Of a stretch of 64,000 nucleotides of DNA, positions 10,537 through 21,518 are shown piece after piece. The DNA comes from Elusimicrobiota bacterium (GTDB lineage Bacteria > Elusimicrobiota > Elusimicrobia > F11), in the NCBI GenBank assembly GCA_044221725.1, contig JBGAON010000003.1:384001-448000 (forward strand), written 5' to 3'. The stretch's first letter is position 1. Each line of letters opens with the position of its first letter. Both the position numbers and the translations under genes were made by a program. The notes beneath the pieces are model-generated. The model was not told the origin of the DNA, did no database searches, and saw nothing but the letters and a program-made list of their open reading frames with translations.

Positions 10537-11813
10537 AGATGGTTTAACAGGTCCCAGAATGTTGGAAACGATATTGCGACGCACTCGCTATTCTGGATCG
10601 TCGTGTCTCCTTCGGCGATGAGTCCCGCAATCGCAAACGTCATCGCAACGCGGTGATCATGAAAGGAGTCGACTTTGGCGCCGCGCAATTTGGTCGGGCC
10701 GGTAATTTTTAATCCGTCGGATATTTCTTCTATGCGCGCGCCCATCGCACGGAAATTCTTGGTGAGCGCCTTGAGTCGATCCGTTTCTTTGACGCGCAAT
10801 TCTTCAAGCCCCGAAAAGTTGGATGTGCCGTGCGCTTGCGTCGCTGCGAGTGCCAAGATCGGGATTTCATCAATGAGTCGGGGCGAAATCTTTTTGTCGA
10901 TGTCGAACGCTTTTAATTCCTTCTGCGAATTCACAACGATGTCGGCAATTTGTTCCCCTCCAATCGTACGTTCGTGTTCCAGTTGAACGGCGCCTCCGGC
11001 CGATTTCAAAATGTCCAAGAGACCCGTCCGTGTCGGGTTTGTATTAACGGCGAGCAATCGAACATTCGCGTTTGGAAAAAGACTCGCCGCGATCACGAAA
11101 AAGGCCGCGCTCGAAATATCCGAGGGCACAACCCAATTCTGCGGCGTTGGAGTTTGTGGTCCCTCGATTCGAATCGTTGTCCCCTCGCGTTGGAATCGAA
11201 TTCCGGCGCCGGTGAACATGCGTTCCGTGTGATCGCGCGACACGGTCGGCTCGTCGTAAACGGTTTCCCCTTTTGTGTGCAGCGCCGCGAGCAAAACGGA
11301 AGACTTCACTTGCGCGCTCGCCACGTTGTTCTTCCATTGGAGCGGCTTTAAGTTTTTTGTTCCGGTAATAGTGATGGGGGCGTATTTATCGTCTGTAAGC
11401 GAGAAGGTGGCGCCCATTTTCGAAAGCGGCTGCGAAATGCGTGTCATGGGACGTTTGGACAGCGACGCATCCCCCACGAGGCGACACGAAAAATTCTGAG
11501 CCGATAATACGCCCGAAAGCAATCTCATTGTTGTTCCCGAATTGCCGCAATCAAGATCGTTGCGCGGCGCTACAAAACTCCAGAGGCCTTTTCCATGGAT
11601 AGTCCATTTGTCTTTTGAGCGTTCAATTTTTACGCCAAGCTCTTCCATGCAACGAGCGGTCGATAAGCAATCGTCGGCCAACAAAGGGTTTTCGATGGTG
11701 GACGTTCCATTCGCGAGACTCGATAGAAGAATGGCGCGGTGCGTGATGGATTTATCCGCCGGTACGCTGATGGTTCCGCGCAAAGCAGACGGTTTCCGAA
11801 TTACTTTTTCCAT
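10524..11813 (-). CDS. aroA: 3-phosphoshikimate 1-carboxyvinyltransferase
   Basis: DKSITHR, DCGNSGTTMRL, ASAQVKS, LRVKETDR, DHRVAM. Confidence 0.97.
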   Translation of the reverse strand: MEKVIRKPSALRGTISVPADKSITHRAILLSSLANGTSTIENPLLADDCLSTARCMEELGVKIERSKDKWTIHGKGLWSFVAPRNDLDCGNSGTTMRLLSGVLSAQNFSCRLVGDASLSKRPMTRISQPLSKMGATFSLTDDKYAPITITGTKNLKPLQWKNNVASAQVKSSVLLAALHTKGETVYDEPTVSRDHTERMFTGAGIRFQREGTTIRIEGPQTPTPQNWVVPSDISSAAFFVIAASLFPNANVRLLAVNTNPTRTGLLDILKSAGGAVQLEHERTIGGEQIADIVVNSQKELKAFDIDKKISPRLIDEIPILALAATQAHGTSNFSGLEELRVKETDRLKALTKNFRAMGARIEEISDGLKITGPTKLRGAKVDSFHDHRVAMTFAIAGLIAEGDTTIQNSECVAISFPTFWDLLNHLCQK

Positions 11814-11814
11814 T

Positions 11815-12663
11815 TCAAAAAGAGGCTTTGGCGCGAGCGAGTGTCTTTAGATGTTGTCGGAGGTTGCTGGCCGGAAAAGACGAATAGTGTCGCAGCTGTT
11901 TCACGAACCGAGCGCTCACCTTTTGAATTTCTTTTCGATTGCTGCTGACAATTCCGGTCCAAAGTTCAGGATCGGCGCCCGCAATTCGGGTCATGTCTCG
12001 GAAGGATCCTCCGACCAGCGATTTAACGATTGGTGATTTTTTCGAGACCATTTCCACTTCGGAAAAGAGCGCAAAAGCGAGCAAGTGTGGCAGATGGCTT
12101 GTTAATGCAAGGAAATGATCGTGGTCGCTTGCGTTCATAAGGAAGCAGCGCGCGCCGACGTCTTTCCACATCGATCGAACAACATCGAGCGCTTTGAAAG
12201 ACGCGGCATCGCGGGTTAGAACGCAAGCTGCCCGTTTGAAAAGATCCGGTTTCGCAAATTCCACTCCGGTCCGCTCCGAACCGGCAATCGGGTGTCCGCC
12301 TACAAAAGACACGTCCGTTCGCTTTTTTGCGGCGATCCGCATTGCATCCGCGACAATACCCTTCACGCTTCCGACATCCGTCACAATCGATCCGGATTTG
12401 AAAAATGTGAGATTCTTGTGCAGGAAATTGGGAATTTGGTGAACCGGAATACAAACGACGACAACGTCCGCATTTTCAAGCGCTTGTGAAGTGCTCGTCG
12501 AGAACTGATCAACAGCACCAAGCCGCTTGGCCCGCGTGAGGGATTTTCTGTCGCGGCCGAGTCCAATAACCGCGTAACGTCGTCGGCCCGATTTGCGGAC
12601 ACGCCGAAGCGCCTGCCCCAGCGATCCACCAATTAGTCCGACGCCAATGATGCAGACGCGCAT
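11815..12663 (-). CDS. tyrA: Prephenate/arogenate dehydrogenase
   Basis: GVGLIGGS, DVGSVK, HPIAGSE, SHLPH, FRDMTRIA. Confidence 0.93.
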   Translation of the reverse strand: MRVCIIGVGLIGGSLGQALRRVRKSGRRRYAVIGLGRDRKSLTRAKRLGAVDQFSTSTSQALENADVVVVCIPVHQIPNFLHKNLTFFKSGSIVTDVGSVKGIVADAMRIAAKKRTDVSFVGGHPIAGSERTGVEFAKPDLFKRAACVLTRDAASFKALDVVRSMWKDVGARCFLMNASDHDHFLALTSHLPHLLAFALFSEVEMVSKKSPIVKSLVGGSFRDMTRIAGADPELWTGIVSSNRKEIQKVSARFVKQLRHYSSFPASNLRQHLKTLARAKASF

Positions 12664-12668
12664 GGGGG

Positions 12669-13685
12669 TTACAGCGTTCGTCCCACCGCTTCGGCCACCG
12701 CCCGCATTTCTTTTACAAGATGCGCGAATTGCGCAGGCAAAAGCGCTTGATGGCCGTCGGATAGCGCTTCGGCCGGCTTGGGATGCGTTTCGAGCATGAT
12801 TCCGTCGGCGCCGGCTGCAATCGCGGCCTTGGCCATCGGGCCGATGAAATCTCGAACACCAACGCCGTGGGATGGATCGATAAAGATAGGTAAGTGCGTC
12901 AGATGCTTTATGACGGGCACCGCACTAATGTCGAGCGTGTTTCGCGTAGCGGTTTCGAACGTCCGGATGCCGCGTTCACAGAGAATCACGTTGTGATTTC
13001 CCTTTGCAATAATGTACTCGGCGCACATGAGCCACTCTTCGATTGTAAGGGCCATCCCTCGTTTAAGCACAACGGGTTTTTTCGCAAGCCCCACTTCCTT
13101 CAGTAGATCAAAATTCTGCGCGTTCCTCGCTCCGATTTGAAAAACGTCGGCGTATCGAGCGACGACGTCCACTTGGCGTGGATCCATCACTTCGGTGACC
13201 ACCGGAAGTCCCGTGATTTTTCGTGCTTCGGCAAGAAGTTCAAGCCCTTTTTCTCCAAGACCTTGAAACGCGTATGGCGATGACCGCGGCTTAAACGCAC
13301 CACCGCGCAGGAGCGTGGCGCCCGCTTTTTTCATCTCGCGTGCATTGATGGATAAATTTTCCCAGGTGTCGACCGAACACGGGCCCCCCACAACAACCAC
13401 TTGCTTGCCACCCACTTTGACGGTTTTGCCAATGGAGACAATCGTGTTTTCTTTTTTGAATTCACGGGAGACCAGTTTGTATGGTTTTGAAATGGGCGTA
13501 ATAAAGTCGACCGCTTCAAAAACACTGAACGTGTCTTTATGAACGATCGCTTTCTCACCGATGACGCCGATGACGACACGTTCGGCGCCGCGTGAAATTG
13601 AAGGCTGGAATCCCAGCTCCTTAATTTTCGCGATGATTTTATCGATGTCCTTTTTTGGAGCACCGGTTTTTAACGTCAAGATCAT
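12669..13685 (-). CDS. aroF: DAHP synthase type I-beta with N-terminal regulatory domain
   Basis: [40 protein letters not shown]. Confidence 0.95.
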   Translation of the reverse strand: MILTLKTGAPKKDIDKIIAKIKELGFQPSISRGAERVVIGVIGEKAIVHKDTFSVFEAVDFITPISKPYKLVSREFKKENTIVSIGKTVKVGGKQVVVVGGPCSVDTWENLSINAREMKKAGATLLRGGAFKPRSSPYAFQGLGEKGLELLAEARKITGLPVVTEVMDPRQVDVVARYADVFQIGARNAQNFDLLKEVGLAKKPVVLKRGMALTIEEWLMCAEYIIAKGNHNVILCERGIRTFETATRNTLDISAVPVIKHLTHLPIFIDPSHGVGVRDFIGPMAKAAIAAGADGIMLETHPKPAEALSDGHQALLPAQFAHLVKEMRAVAEAVGRTL

Positions 13686-14797
13686 GATTTTTGTGTGACC
13701 TCCCTTAAAGCTTCAAGAAATTTTTTGTTTTCGGAGCGCGTTCCAATCGTCACGCGCAGATAGTCGGGCAAACCGTATTCGTCGACCGACCGCACGATCA
13801 TGCCGTGTTGCAGCAACGCATCGAACAATGCATGCCCTTTGCGCGGGCTCACTTTGAATAGCAGAAAGTTTGCGATGGAGGGTACGACTTCGAATCCCAT
13901 TTTCGTCAGTTCCTCGCCCACAAATTTCTTTTCGACGTCGTTCAACGCCACCGACTTGCGGATATGTTTGTTATCTTCAAGCGCCGCCAGTGCCGCGGCT
14001 TGCGCTGGCTTGGACACATTGAACGGTGGACGGATCTTGTCCATCTCGCGCACGCACTCTTCTGGCGCCACGCCGTAACCGACGCGCAGGCCGGCCAAAC
14101 CATAGATCTTTGAGAAGGTGCGGAGCACAATAATCGGACGCTTGTGAAAATAGTCTTCAATCATAGACGGATAATCTTCGTGGCCGGCCGCGTATTCAAA
14201 GTACGCCTCGTCGAACACTGGTAACACGCGCGGCGGAAGCGCATTTAAGAATCGGTCCACTTCGAGGCGTGTGTTGTACGTTCCTGTCGGATTGTTCGGG
14301 TTCGCGATGAAAACAAGTTTCGTGTGCGTCGTTGCCGCATTCGCCATCGCGACGAGATCGTGTTTCAAATCTCTCATCGGAACGGTCGTTACGCCAGCGC
14401 CCATCAATTGCGCCGCCAAACGGTACTGCATGAATGCCGACGCTGACACGACGATGTCGTTTTGTGGGGTCAAGTAGGTTTTCGCGAGCAGCTCAATAAT
14501 TTCGTCGGAGCCAGCACCAATAATCACTTGGCCGATGTCCAGCTTGTGACGGAGCGCGAGCGTGCTTCGCAAGTCTGTGCTGCGCGTTTCTGGATAGCGC
14601 GCGAGAGTCTCCGCTATGCTCTTGTACGCTTTCAGCGCGCGCGGCGAGGGACCGAGCGAATTTTCGTTTGACGCCAGTTTGATCACCGCGCGCAAACCGT
14701 ATTGACGGCGTATTTGATCCGACGACAAACCGGGTTTGTACGGTTGAAACCGTTCCAATTCGGGACGGGGCGATATAGGTGACGATATTTCCTTCAT
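13682..14797 (-). CDS. hisC: Histidinol-phosphate/aromatic aminotransferase
   Basis: [37 protein letters not shown]. Confidence 0.95.
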   Translation of the reverse strand: MKEISSPISPRPELERFQPYKPGLSSDQIRRQYGLRAVIKLASNENSLGPSPRALKAYKSIAETLARYPETRSTDLRSTLALRHKLDIGQVIIGAGSDEIIELLAKTYLTPQNDIVVSASAFMQYRLAAQLMGAGVTTVPMRDLKHDLVAMANAATTHTKLVFIANPNNPTGTYNTRLEVDRFLNALPPRVLPVFDEAYFEYAAGHEDYPSMIEDYFHKRPIIVLRTFSKIYGLAGLRVGYGVAPEECVREMDKIRPPFNVSKPAQAAALAALEDNKHIRKSVALNDVEKKFVGEELTKMGFEVVPSIANFLLFKVSPRKGHALFDALLQHGMIVRSVDEYGLPDYLRVTIGTRSENKKFLEALREVTQKS

Positions 14798-14821
14798 GTG
14801 TGGTTTCTCAAAAAAGGCGGG

Positions 14822-15895
14822 TTAAGCGCCGTAGGGATACGAACCGAGAATTTTTAGCGTCTTGCACTGTGCTTCCAAACCTTTCAGTGCTTGTTGCACA
14901 TTTTTTTCGGATTGGTGTCCGATGAAATCAACGAAGAAGATATATTCCCACGCTTTTTTCTTTGTCGGACGAGATTCGATCTTCGTTAGATTTACGCCAG
15001 CGAGACGAAACGGTTGCAAGATATCATAAAGCGCACCCACCCGGTCTTTTACCGAGAACAAGATGGACGTTTTGTCTTTGCCAGTGGGCTTTTCCGAGTG
15101 ATCACCGATAACGAGAAAGCGTGTTGCGTTCTCAGGCGAATCTTCGATGTTCATTGCCACCGGTTTCAAGTGATAAATCTGTGCGGCCAACAACGATGCG
15201 ATTGCCGCGGATGAGCCGTCCAACGTCGCGTGCACAGCCGCATCGGCCGTCGATGCCGCCGAATGAATCGCGACGCCCGGCAGATGGGAATCGAGCCACT
15301 TGCGGCATTGCGCCAGAGCTTGCGGGTGCGAATAAACCGTTTTGATGCTTTTGAGTTTTCCCGAAATGGACATAAGCGTTTGCGAAATCGCTTCTTCGCG
15401 CTCGGCCACGATGGACAAATCCGACTCCATGAACATGTCGAGCGTATGATTGACGACGCCCTCCGTGGAATTCTCGATCGGCACAACGCCGAAATCCACT
15501 CTCTTGCGTTCCACTTCAAAGAACACGTCGGAGATGGACGGAACCGGTACGAAATCGCAGTCCCGTCCGAAATGTTTGATGGCCACTTGGTGCGTGAACG
15601 TCGCTTCGGGACCAAAGTAGGCCACCGTGAGCCGTTTCTGCAAAGCGCGGCACGTAGCGAAAATTGATTGGAAAATATCCCCCACCGCTTCGTTCGACAA
15701 CGGGCCCTTGTTTCGGGAAGAGAGCCGGTTCAAAATGTCGCTTTCGCGAGATGCCGCCAGCACGGAATCTCCACTTTTCGCTTTTGCGCGACCGATGTCT
15801 TTCGCAACGCGACCGCGTTCGTTCAGTAGTTTTAATAGTTGGTCGTCCAGCGCATCAATACGCCGACGATAACGAGCCAACGGGTTGTTTTCCAT
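14822..15895 (-). CDS. pheA: Chorismate mutase/prephenate dehydratase
   Basis: N-terminal CM (RRRIDALD), PIENSTEG, NATRF, ACT domain with IESRP. Confidence 0.95.
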   Translation of the reverse strand: MENNPLARYRRRIDALDDQLLKLLNERGRVAKDIGRAKAKSGDSVLAASRESDILNRLSSRNKGPLSNEAVGDIFQSIFATCRALQKRLTVAYFGPEATFTHQVAIKHFGRDCDFVPVPSISDVFFEVERKRVDFGVVPIENSTEGVVNHTLDMFMESDLSIVAEREEAISQTLMSISGKLKSIKTVYSHPQALAQCRKWLDSHLPGVAIHSAASTADAAVHATLDGSSAAIASLLAAQIYHLKPVAMNIEDSPENATRFLVIGDHSEKPTGKDKTSILFSVKDRVGALYDILQPFRLAGVNLTKIESRPTKKKAWEYIFFVDFIGHQSEKNVQQALKGLEAQCKTLKILGSYPYGA

Positions 15896-15974
15896 AGGGG
15901 CCGGATTCTAACCTATTTATCGGAAAATCGCCGAAGGGCGTGTGATTTTGAGGCGTTTGCGGAAGGTTGGACGG

Positions 15975-17234
15975 TTAAGCGGCGTCGGTGCCGGAGGTAA
16001 TGCCGCGCACGGCCATCATGAGCTCTTCGGGGTTCGAAGCGGCTTCGAGCGCATCTTCAAGCTTAATCAGGCCGTCGCGATAAAGTTTGAGCAGCGATTG
16101 GTGAAAGGACTCCATTCCGTAGTAAGTACCCTGGCGTATGGCTTCCTGAACGTCGTGCATTTGGTTTTCGGCGATCGCTTTACGGACAAGAGCCGTAACC
16201 ACAAGGACCTCCACGGCCGGAACGCGGCCGCTCCCGGCCGCACGCGGAATGAGCCGCTGACAAATGACGCCTTTTAATACGTCGGCCAATTGATAACGCA
16301 CTTGCATTTGTTGGTGCGGCGGATAGAGATCGATGATGCGGTTTATGGTTTGCACCGCATCCGTTGTGTGCAGTGTCGAAAGAACGAGATGGCCGGTTTG
16401 TGCGGCCGTGATCGCCGTTGATGTCGTTTCCAAATCCCGCATTTCGCCGAGCAAAATTACATCGGGATCTTGCCGCAGAACGTGTTTCAGTGCTTCACCA
16501 AAATTGGGTGTGTCGGAACCGAGCTCGCGTTGGCTAAGGATCGATTTTTTATCCTTGTAGAGAAATTCGATTGGATCTTCCACCGTCACAATGTGTTCGG
16601 CCCGCTCCGAATTTATGTTGTCGATCATCGCGGCCAGTGTCGTTGATTTGCCGCTTCCGGTCACGCCGCAAACGAGCACAAGACCGCGCGACAATTGGCA
16701 AAATTTCGGCATCACCTTTGGCAAGTAGAGATCCGTAAAATTTGGAATATGCGTTGGGATTTGACGAAGCACAATCGCTACCGAGCCCCGTTGGCGAAAC
16801 GCGTTCCCGCGAAAGCGGCCATACGCTGGAAGCGCGTACGAAAAATCGATGTCGTTGCGAGCTTCAAAAATTTTCAATTGGGTGGGCGTGAGCATTTGAC
16901 CCAGCGCTTGATGCGCCATTTCGGGCGTGATCACCAATTTCATGGCCGACGACAAATTCCCATCGATACGGTAGATCGGAACGGTCCCCGATCGTAGATG
17001 CATGTCGGATGCTTTTCGTTCCACCATTCCTTTCAAAAGTTCGTGGAGCAACTCTGATGCGTTTGTGGGTGTCGCAAACGCTGGTGTCGCTGCGGCTGGC
17101 GCGGATGTCGGTGCTGCGGTTACCGGTGGATTGTGACCGGAATACGAAGGTTGTGGTGTTGGTGCCGAAGGAATCTGAGGGGTGTCGCGCTCTTTTTCTT
17201 CGCTCAGTTTCTTTGGTTCGTAGGGGCTTTCCAT
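15975..17234 (-). CDS. PilT/PilU family type IV pilus retraction ATPase
   Basis: ASDMHL, GVTGSGKSTT, TVEDPIE, LRQDPDVILLGEMRD, TGHLVLSTLHT. Confidence 0.92.
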   Translation of the reverse strand: MESPYEPKKLSEEKERDTPQIPSAPTPQPSYSGHNPPVTAAPTSAPAAATPAFATPTNASELLHELLKGMVERKASDMHLRSGTVPIYRIDGNLSSAMKLVITPEMAHQALGQMLTPTQLKIFEARNDIDFSYALPAYGRFRGNAFRQRGSVAIVLRQIPTHIPNFTDLYLPKVMPKFCQLSRGLVLVCGVTGSGKSTTLAAMIDNINSERAEHIVTVEDPIEFLYKDKKSILSQRELGSDTPNFGEALKHVLRQDPDVILLGEMRDLETTSTAITAAQTGHLVLSTLHTTDAVQTINRIIDLYPPHQQMQVRYQLADVLKGVICQRLIPRAAGSGRVPAVEVLVVTALVRKAIAENQMHDVQEAIRQGTYYGMESFHQSLLKLYRDGLIKLEDALEAASNPEELMMAVRGITSGTDAA

Positions 17235-17279
17235 GTCAATCGAAGCTTAAACTCCGATTGGTTTTCGTTCAACCCCTTT

Positions 17280-18404
17280 TTATTTCAGCTTGCGGTTACG
17301 AAGACGCAAATAGGCCGGACGACGCAAATCGTCTTCAGAAGCGCCGACGTGAACCGGGGCTGCCGGAATTCCGGCGCTCGCGATCGGTGGCGTTGCCGCG
17401 CGTTTTGGCGTCGCGGGTCGATCTTTATAGGAGCGCGCTGGGAAGCCTGTCGCGATCACGGTCACTTTTAATTTATCTTCGATGCCTTCATCGAAAACTT
17501 GGCCATAAAATACGTGCGAGGTTGTCGCCGTCGCGGAACTTACAAAGTCCATTACTTCACGCACTTCGAACATGCTGACGTTTTTATTTCCGGTAATGTT
17601 CACGAGGACACCTTTTGCGCCTTCGATTGAAATATTTTCAAGAAGCGGAGACTGCACCGCTTGCCGCGCGGCGGTCACGGCGCGATCGGGTCCTACCGAG
17701 GTTCCAATGCCCATCAACGCTTCGCCAGAACCGGACATAATCGTTTTCACGTCGGCAAAGTCAACGTTCACGAGACCGTGGGTGGTGATGACGTCGGCGA
17801 TGGCTTGCATCGCCTGACGCAGCACGTCATCGGCGACCCGAAACGCTTCGAGGCTTGGCGTTTTTTCATCGATAATCTCAAAAAGCTTGTCGTTCGGAAT
17901 GACGAGAAGCGTGTCGACGAACGGCCGCAGTTCTTCGATGCCGGCGCTGGCCTGGTTAGCGCGCACGAGGCCTTCAAATTGAAACGGGCGTGTGACGACC
18001 GCGATGACGAGCGGAGCCGGATTAAGAGACTTTGCAATGCGCGCCACCACAGGGGCGCAACCGGTTCCTGTTCCCCCACCCATACCGGCGGTGATGAACA
18101 ACATGTCGGCGCCTTGGATCACTTCTTTCAGACGATCTTCGGATTCGAGCGCGGCTTGTCCACCGAGTTGAGGATTCCCTCCGACGCCCAGTCCTTTGGT
18201 TAGGCGTTCTCCGACTTGAATTCGTACGGGCGCCAAATTGCGACGGAGCGCTTGCGCGTCGGTGTTGGCCGCAATGAATTCAACATGTTCGACTTCCGCT
18301 TGGATCATTCGATTCACGGCGTTTCCGCCGGCGCCCCCCAATCCAATAACGCGGATGATGGCCGGTTGTTCTTTAAAGTCTTCGGTGAATTTTATTCTCG
18401 TCAT
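17280..18404 (-). CDS. ftsZ: Cell division protein FtsZ
   Basis: [26 protein letters not shown]-terminal PAYLR peptide. Confidence 0.98.
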   Translation of the reverse strand: MTRIKFTEDFKEQPAIIRVIGLGGAGGNAVNRMIQAEVEHVEFIAANTDAQALRRNLAPVRIQVGERLTKGLGVGGNPQLGGQAALESEDRLKEVIQGADMLFITAGMGGGTGTGCAPVVARIAKSLNPAPLVIAVVTRPFQFEGLVRANQASAGIEELRPFVDTLLVIPNDKLFEIIDEKTPSLEAFRVADDVLRQAMQAIADVITTHGLVNVDFADVKTIMSGSGEALMGIGTSVGPDRAVTAARQAVQSPLLENISIEGAKGVLVNITGNKNVSMFEVREVMDFVSSATATTSHVFYGQVFDEGIEDKLKVTVIATGFPARSYKDRPATPKRAATPPIASAGIPAAPVHVGASEDDLRRPAYLRLRNRKLK

Positions 18405-18413
18405 GTCCGATCC

Positions 18414-19697
18414 TTAAAATAAGTCCGATATAAAGTTTTTTACGTTCCCGAGCAGGTTGCCGGCAGCGCGCCGCGAGCCTTTTCGTCCGCCGCGCGGCCA
18501 ATCGCTCATGGAATGAAATGTGAGCAGCCCCGCCGCTGTGGCGTAGCTTGGGTGGGAAATAATTTCTGGAAGGCCCGTGATGTTTTGCGGTAACCCTTGG
18601 CGCGCTGGCAGTTCGAGAATTTTTTCAGCAGCGTTCACCATTCCGGTCATCATCGAACCACCACCGGTGACAATCACGCCGCCGGCAACCACTTGTTCGG
18701 ACAGTCCGGAGTTTTCAATTTCCGCGCGCACCAGCGAGTAAATTTCTTCGACGCGCGGAGCGATGAATTCGAATAACGTGTTGCGTTGAATTTGGCGTTC
18801 GGTGCGGCCGTCGACGGATGTGTAGGTCACTTCTTCGTCCATGTCGACGGGTTCGTCGTGCCCGTTGCCGCTCACGAGAACTTGTTTGCGCGCGTTCGAG
18901 CGCACGGCGGTTCCGTAACGCTCTTTGACCATTTTCGCTTGCGAGAAGGATGTTCGTAGTCCGTGCGCAAGATCGTTGGTGATGGCGTCGGTGCCGATGG
19001 CCAATTCCTTTGTGAAACGAACACCGCCGTCGGAATAAACCGCGAGGCCCGTTGTGGCGCCACCAAGATCAATCAACAAACATCCCAAATCTTTTTCTTC
19101 CTGCGTAACGACAACATCGCCGAGCGCCAATAATCCATACACCGGCTCACGAATTCCAAACCCGGCGTTGTTGATCGAACGCCAGATGTTGTTTAGGTGA
19201 GAGGATCCGGCGGTCACAATGTGAACTTCTACTTCGAGCAGAGATCCTTCCATCCCAACGGGGTTCGGGACGCCTTGCTGACGGTCAAGCACAAAGTCTT
19301 GAGGAATCACATGGATGATTTCGCGATCGGTGGAGATTGGAACGGCTTTTGTGGATTCAATGACTTGCGCAACGTCGTCGGTGGTAATTTCTTTGTCGGT
19401 GCGCGCAATGTTGATGGCCCCGTGATGGTTGAACGTTTGGATGTGCGCGCCGCGAATTCCGACGATCAGATCTCGAACGGATTCTTTGGCCATCTCTTCG
19501 GCGGCTTCAACAACGTGGGTGATGGAGAGGGCTGTTTCATCGATATTAATAACGACGCCGCCTTTCAGGCCCCGGCAGTTTTGACGCGTTGCAGCGATGA
19601 CTTCGACATGATCCTGATCGGGCATTCGGCGGCCGATTGTGCACACCAGCTGGCCGCTTCCGATATCAAGTCCCGCTAAAATTTCCGGTTTCGACAT
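18414..19697 (-). CDS. ftsA: Cell division protein FtsA
   Basis: GLDIGS, IDLGGATT, VTGGGS. Start set at ATG 19697 behind a GGAGG. Confidence 0.96.
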   Translation of the reverse strand: MSKPEILAGLDIGSGQLVCTIGRRMPDQDHVEVIAATRQNCRGLKGGVVINIDETALSITHVVEAAEEMAKESVRDLIVGIRGAHIQTFNHHGAINIARTDKEITTDDVAQVIESTKAVPISTDREIIHVIPQDFVLDRQQGVPNPVGMEGSLLEVEVHIVTAGSSHLNNIWRSINNAGFGIREPVYGLLALGDVVVTQEEKDLGCLLIDLGGATTGLAVYSDGGVRFTKELAIGTDAITNDLAHGLRTSFSQAKMVKERYGTAVRSNARKQVLVSGNGHDEPVDMDEEVTYTSVDGRTERQIQRNTLFEFIAPRVEEIYSLVRAEIENSGLSEQVVAGGVIVTGGGSMMTGMVNAAEKILELPARQGLPQNITGLPEIISHPSYATAAGLLTFHSMSDWPRGGRKGSRRAAGNLLGNVKNFISDLF

Positions 19698-19713
19698 GGC
19701 ACCTCCCCGAGTG

Positions 19714-20577
19714 TCAGTTTTTGCTTTTCCAATTCGCATCCATCACGATGCGGTCCGTTGTGACAAGTATTAGTTTCGCCGGCGTCTTCTGTGGCGTAAA
19801 CTTTTCGCGCAACGTGAGCACGCGTTGCGACTGTTGAACGATGTTCGCGTCTGAAATATTTCCCCATTCGATCGTTACGCCGTCGGTGAGCTCGACGTAC
19901 AGTTCGCGCATTCTATCAGTTTCTACTTTTTTGACGAGAGAATAAAAATTCGGCACGTCTTTTTGCCAACGGTCCAGAATTCCAAGGACTGTTGTGCGAT
20001 CCGACGGGTACGCGCATTCGATGACCGGCAGGTTCGCCGGCAAGTCGAGCAGTTCGCCAAGCGCAAAAACAATTCCGTCGTTGTCGATACCCAGTTCCTT
20101 GCCGGGCGATTCAAGCTTCGCGATCGGTCGACGGAATGTTCCATTCACGATCAGAGACCGGTCCAGCGTTCGACGTATCGAGATTCGTTTTAGTTCCGGA
20201 AATTTTTCGAGAGATTCTTTCTCGAGCAAAAGCGGATGGATTTTTAATAAGTGATCGTGCGCGCCGACTTTGAATGAACCTTTGAGGCTCGCCGGTAACT
20301 CGCCGCTGAACACCACTTGCTTCACGCGCAGTCGTTCGCTTTGTTTCCAATATTGCGCGCCTTTGACGGTGGTCCATCCAATGGCGAGCATTGCACCGGC
20401 ACCGAGCGTCAACAGCGCAAACGATTTTCCCATCTTTTTTACGACGGAGCCGGCGTAGCGCGGCCGAAATTTTACGCGCTGCTTTCGTTTGTAAAAAAGG
20501 GAAGGGCTTCGTTTTTTTGGTTCGCGAAATATCCGCGGACGTTTGGATCCGAATAGCGATTTTTTAGTGGATCTCAT
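19714..20577 (-). CDS. ftsQ: FtsQ/DivIB-like cell division protein (divergent)
   Basis: Basic N-terminus, single TM, POTRA-like region; lies between ddl and ftsA. ATG overlaps the ddl stop. Confidence 0.72.
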   Translation of the reverse strand: MRSTKKSLFGSKRPRIFREPKKRSPSLFYKRKQRVKFRPRYAGSVVKKMGKSFALLTLGAGAMLAIGWTTVKGAQYWKQSERLRVKQVVFSGELPASLKGSFKVGAHDHLLKIHPLLLEKESLEKFPELKRISIRRTLDRSLIVNGTFRRPIAKLESPGKELGIDNDGIVFALGELLDLPANLPVIECAYPSDRTTVLGILDRWQKDVPNFYSLVKKVETDRMRELYVELTDGVTIEWGNISDANIVQQSQRVLTLREKFTPQKTPAKLILVTTDRIVMDANWKSKN

Positions 20578-21518
20578 TGTTTGCCTCGCGCTCGCAGAGA
20601 CAATTCGCAAATGCGTAGCACCAAATCATCGAACGACATCGTAATTGCGCGCGCTGCGTCAGGCAACAAAGACGTGTTTGTCATGCCGGGAATCGTGTTC
20701 ACCTCCAGCACGAACATCTCGCCCTTTTTGTCGAGCATGATGTCGACGCGCCCATAAACGGTGCAGCCGAGCGAATTGAATGCGCGGATCGCAACGCGCT
20801 GCATCCTCGTTGAAACTTTTCTCGGCAGTGGCGCTGGCACGAGATGACGAGACCCGCCCGGTGCGTATTTCGAGTGAAAATCATAGAAAGAATGTTCGGG
20901 AAGAATTTCAACGACCGGTAAAGCGCGCGACCCAAGAATTCCCACGGTTAGCTCACGACCGGAAATGAATTTTTCGACGAGCGCTGTTTTTGAAATGCGG
21001 AAGCATTGTTTTAACGCTTTCGGTAACTGACGTTTTGTGTCGACCCGGGAGGCACCGATGGCGGATCCTTGATCCACCGGCTTTACGAAGACAGCGCTCG
21101 CGCTCAACCATTTATCCAAGGATTTCTTTGATCCGTTCTTCGAAATTCGGATCCATGGTGCGGTTGGTACGCCGGCCTTTTTGAAGCGGCGTTTCGACAA
21201 ATGTTTGTCCATTGCCAAGCGGCTCGCGCTCGCGCTCGAGCCGGTGTAAGGAATTTTTAATTTCTCGAGAACGGACTGAATTCCACCGTCCTCGCCGAAG
21301 GTACCATGCAACGCGATGAACGCAAATTCGATTTTTTTTTCTTTGAGAATCTGCGCGATGTCTTTTTTTACATCAATCACCGCAACGGGCACGCGCAACC
21401 GTTTGAATGCTTCGACCACGGCTTTTCCGGTTTTTAAAGAGATGGCGCGTTCGCGGGACCATCCTCCCATCAACACGGCCACGCGACGCTGACGCAGCCA
21501 GTTAAGCGTGGATGGCAT
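20574..21518 (-). CDS. ddl: D-alanine--D-alanine ligase
   Basis: GGWSRERAISL, LHGTFGEDG, YDFHSKY, EVNTIPGMT. Confidence 0.96.
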   Translation of the reverse strand: MPSTLNWLRQRRVAVLMGGWSRERAISLKTGKAVVEAFKRLRVPVAVIDVKKDIAQILKEKKIEFAFIALHGTFGEDGGIQSVLEKLKIPYTGSSASASRLAMDKHLSKRRFKKAGVPTAPWIRISKNGSKKSLDKWLSASAVFVKPVDQGSAIGASRVDTKRQLPKALKQCFRISKTALVEKFISGRELTVGILGSRALPVVEILPEHSFYDFHSKYAPGGSRHLVPAPLPRKVSTRMQRVAIRAFNSLGCTVYGRVDIMLDKKGEMFVLEVNTIPGMTNTSLLPDAARAITMSFDDLVLRICELSLRARGKQ

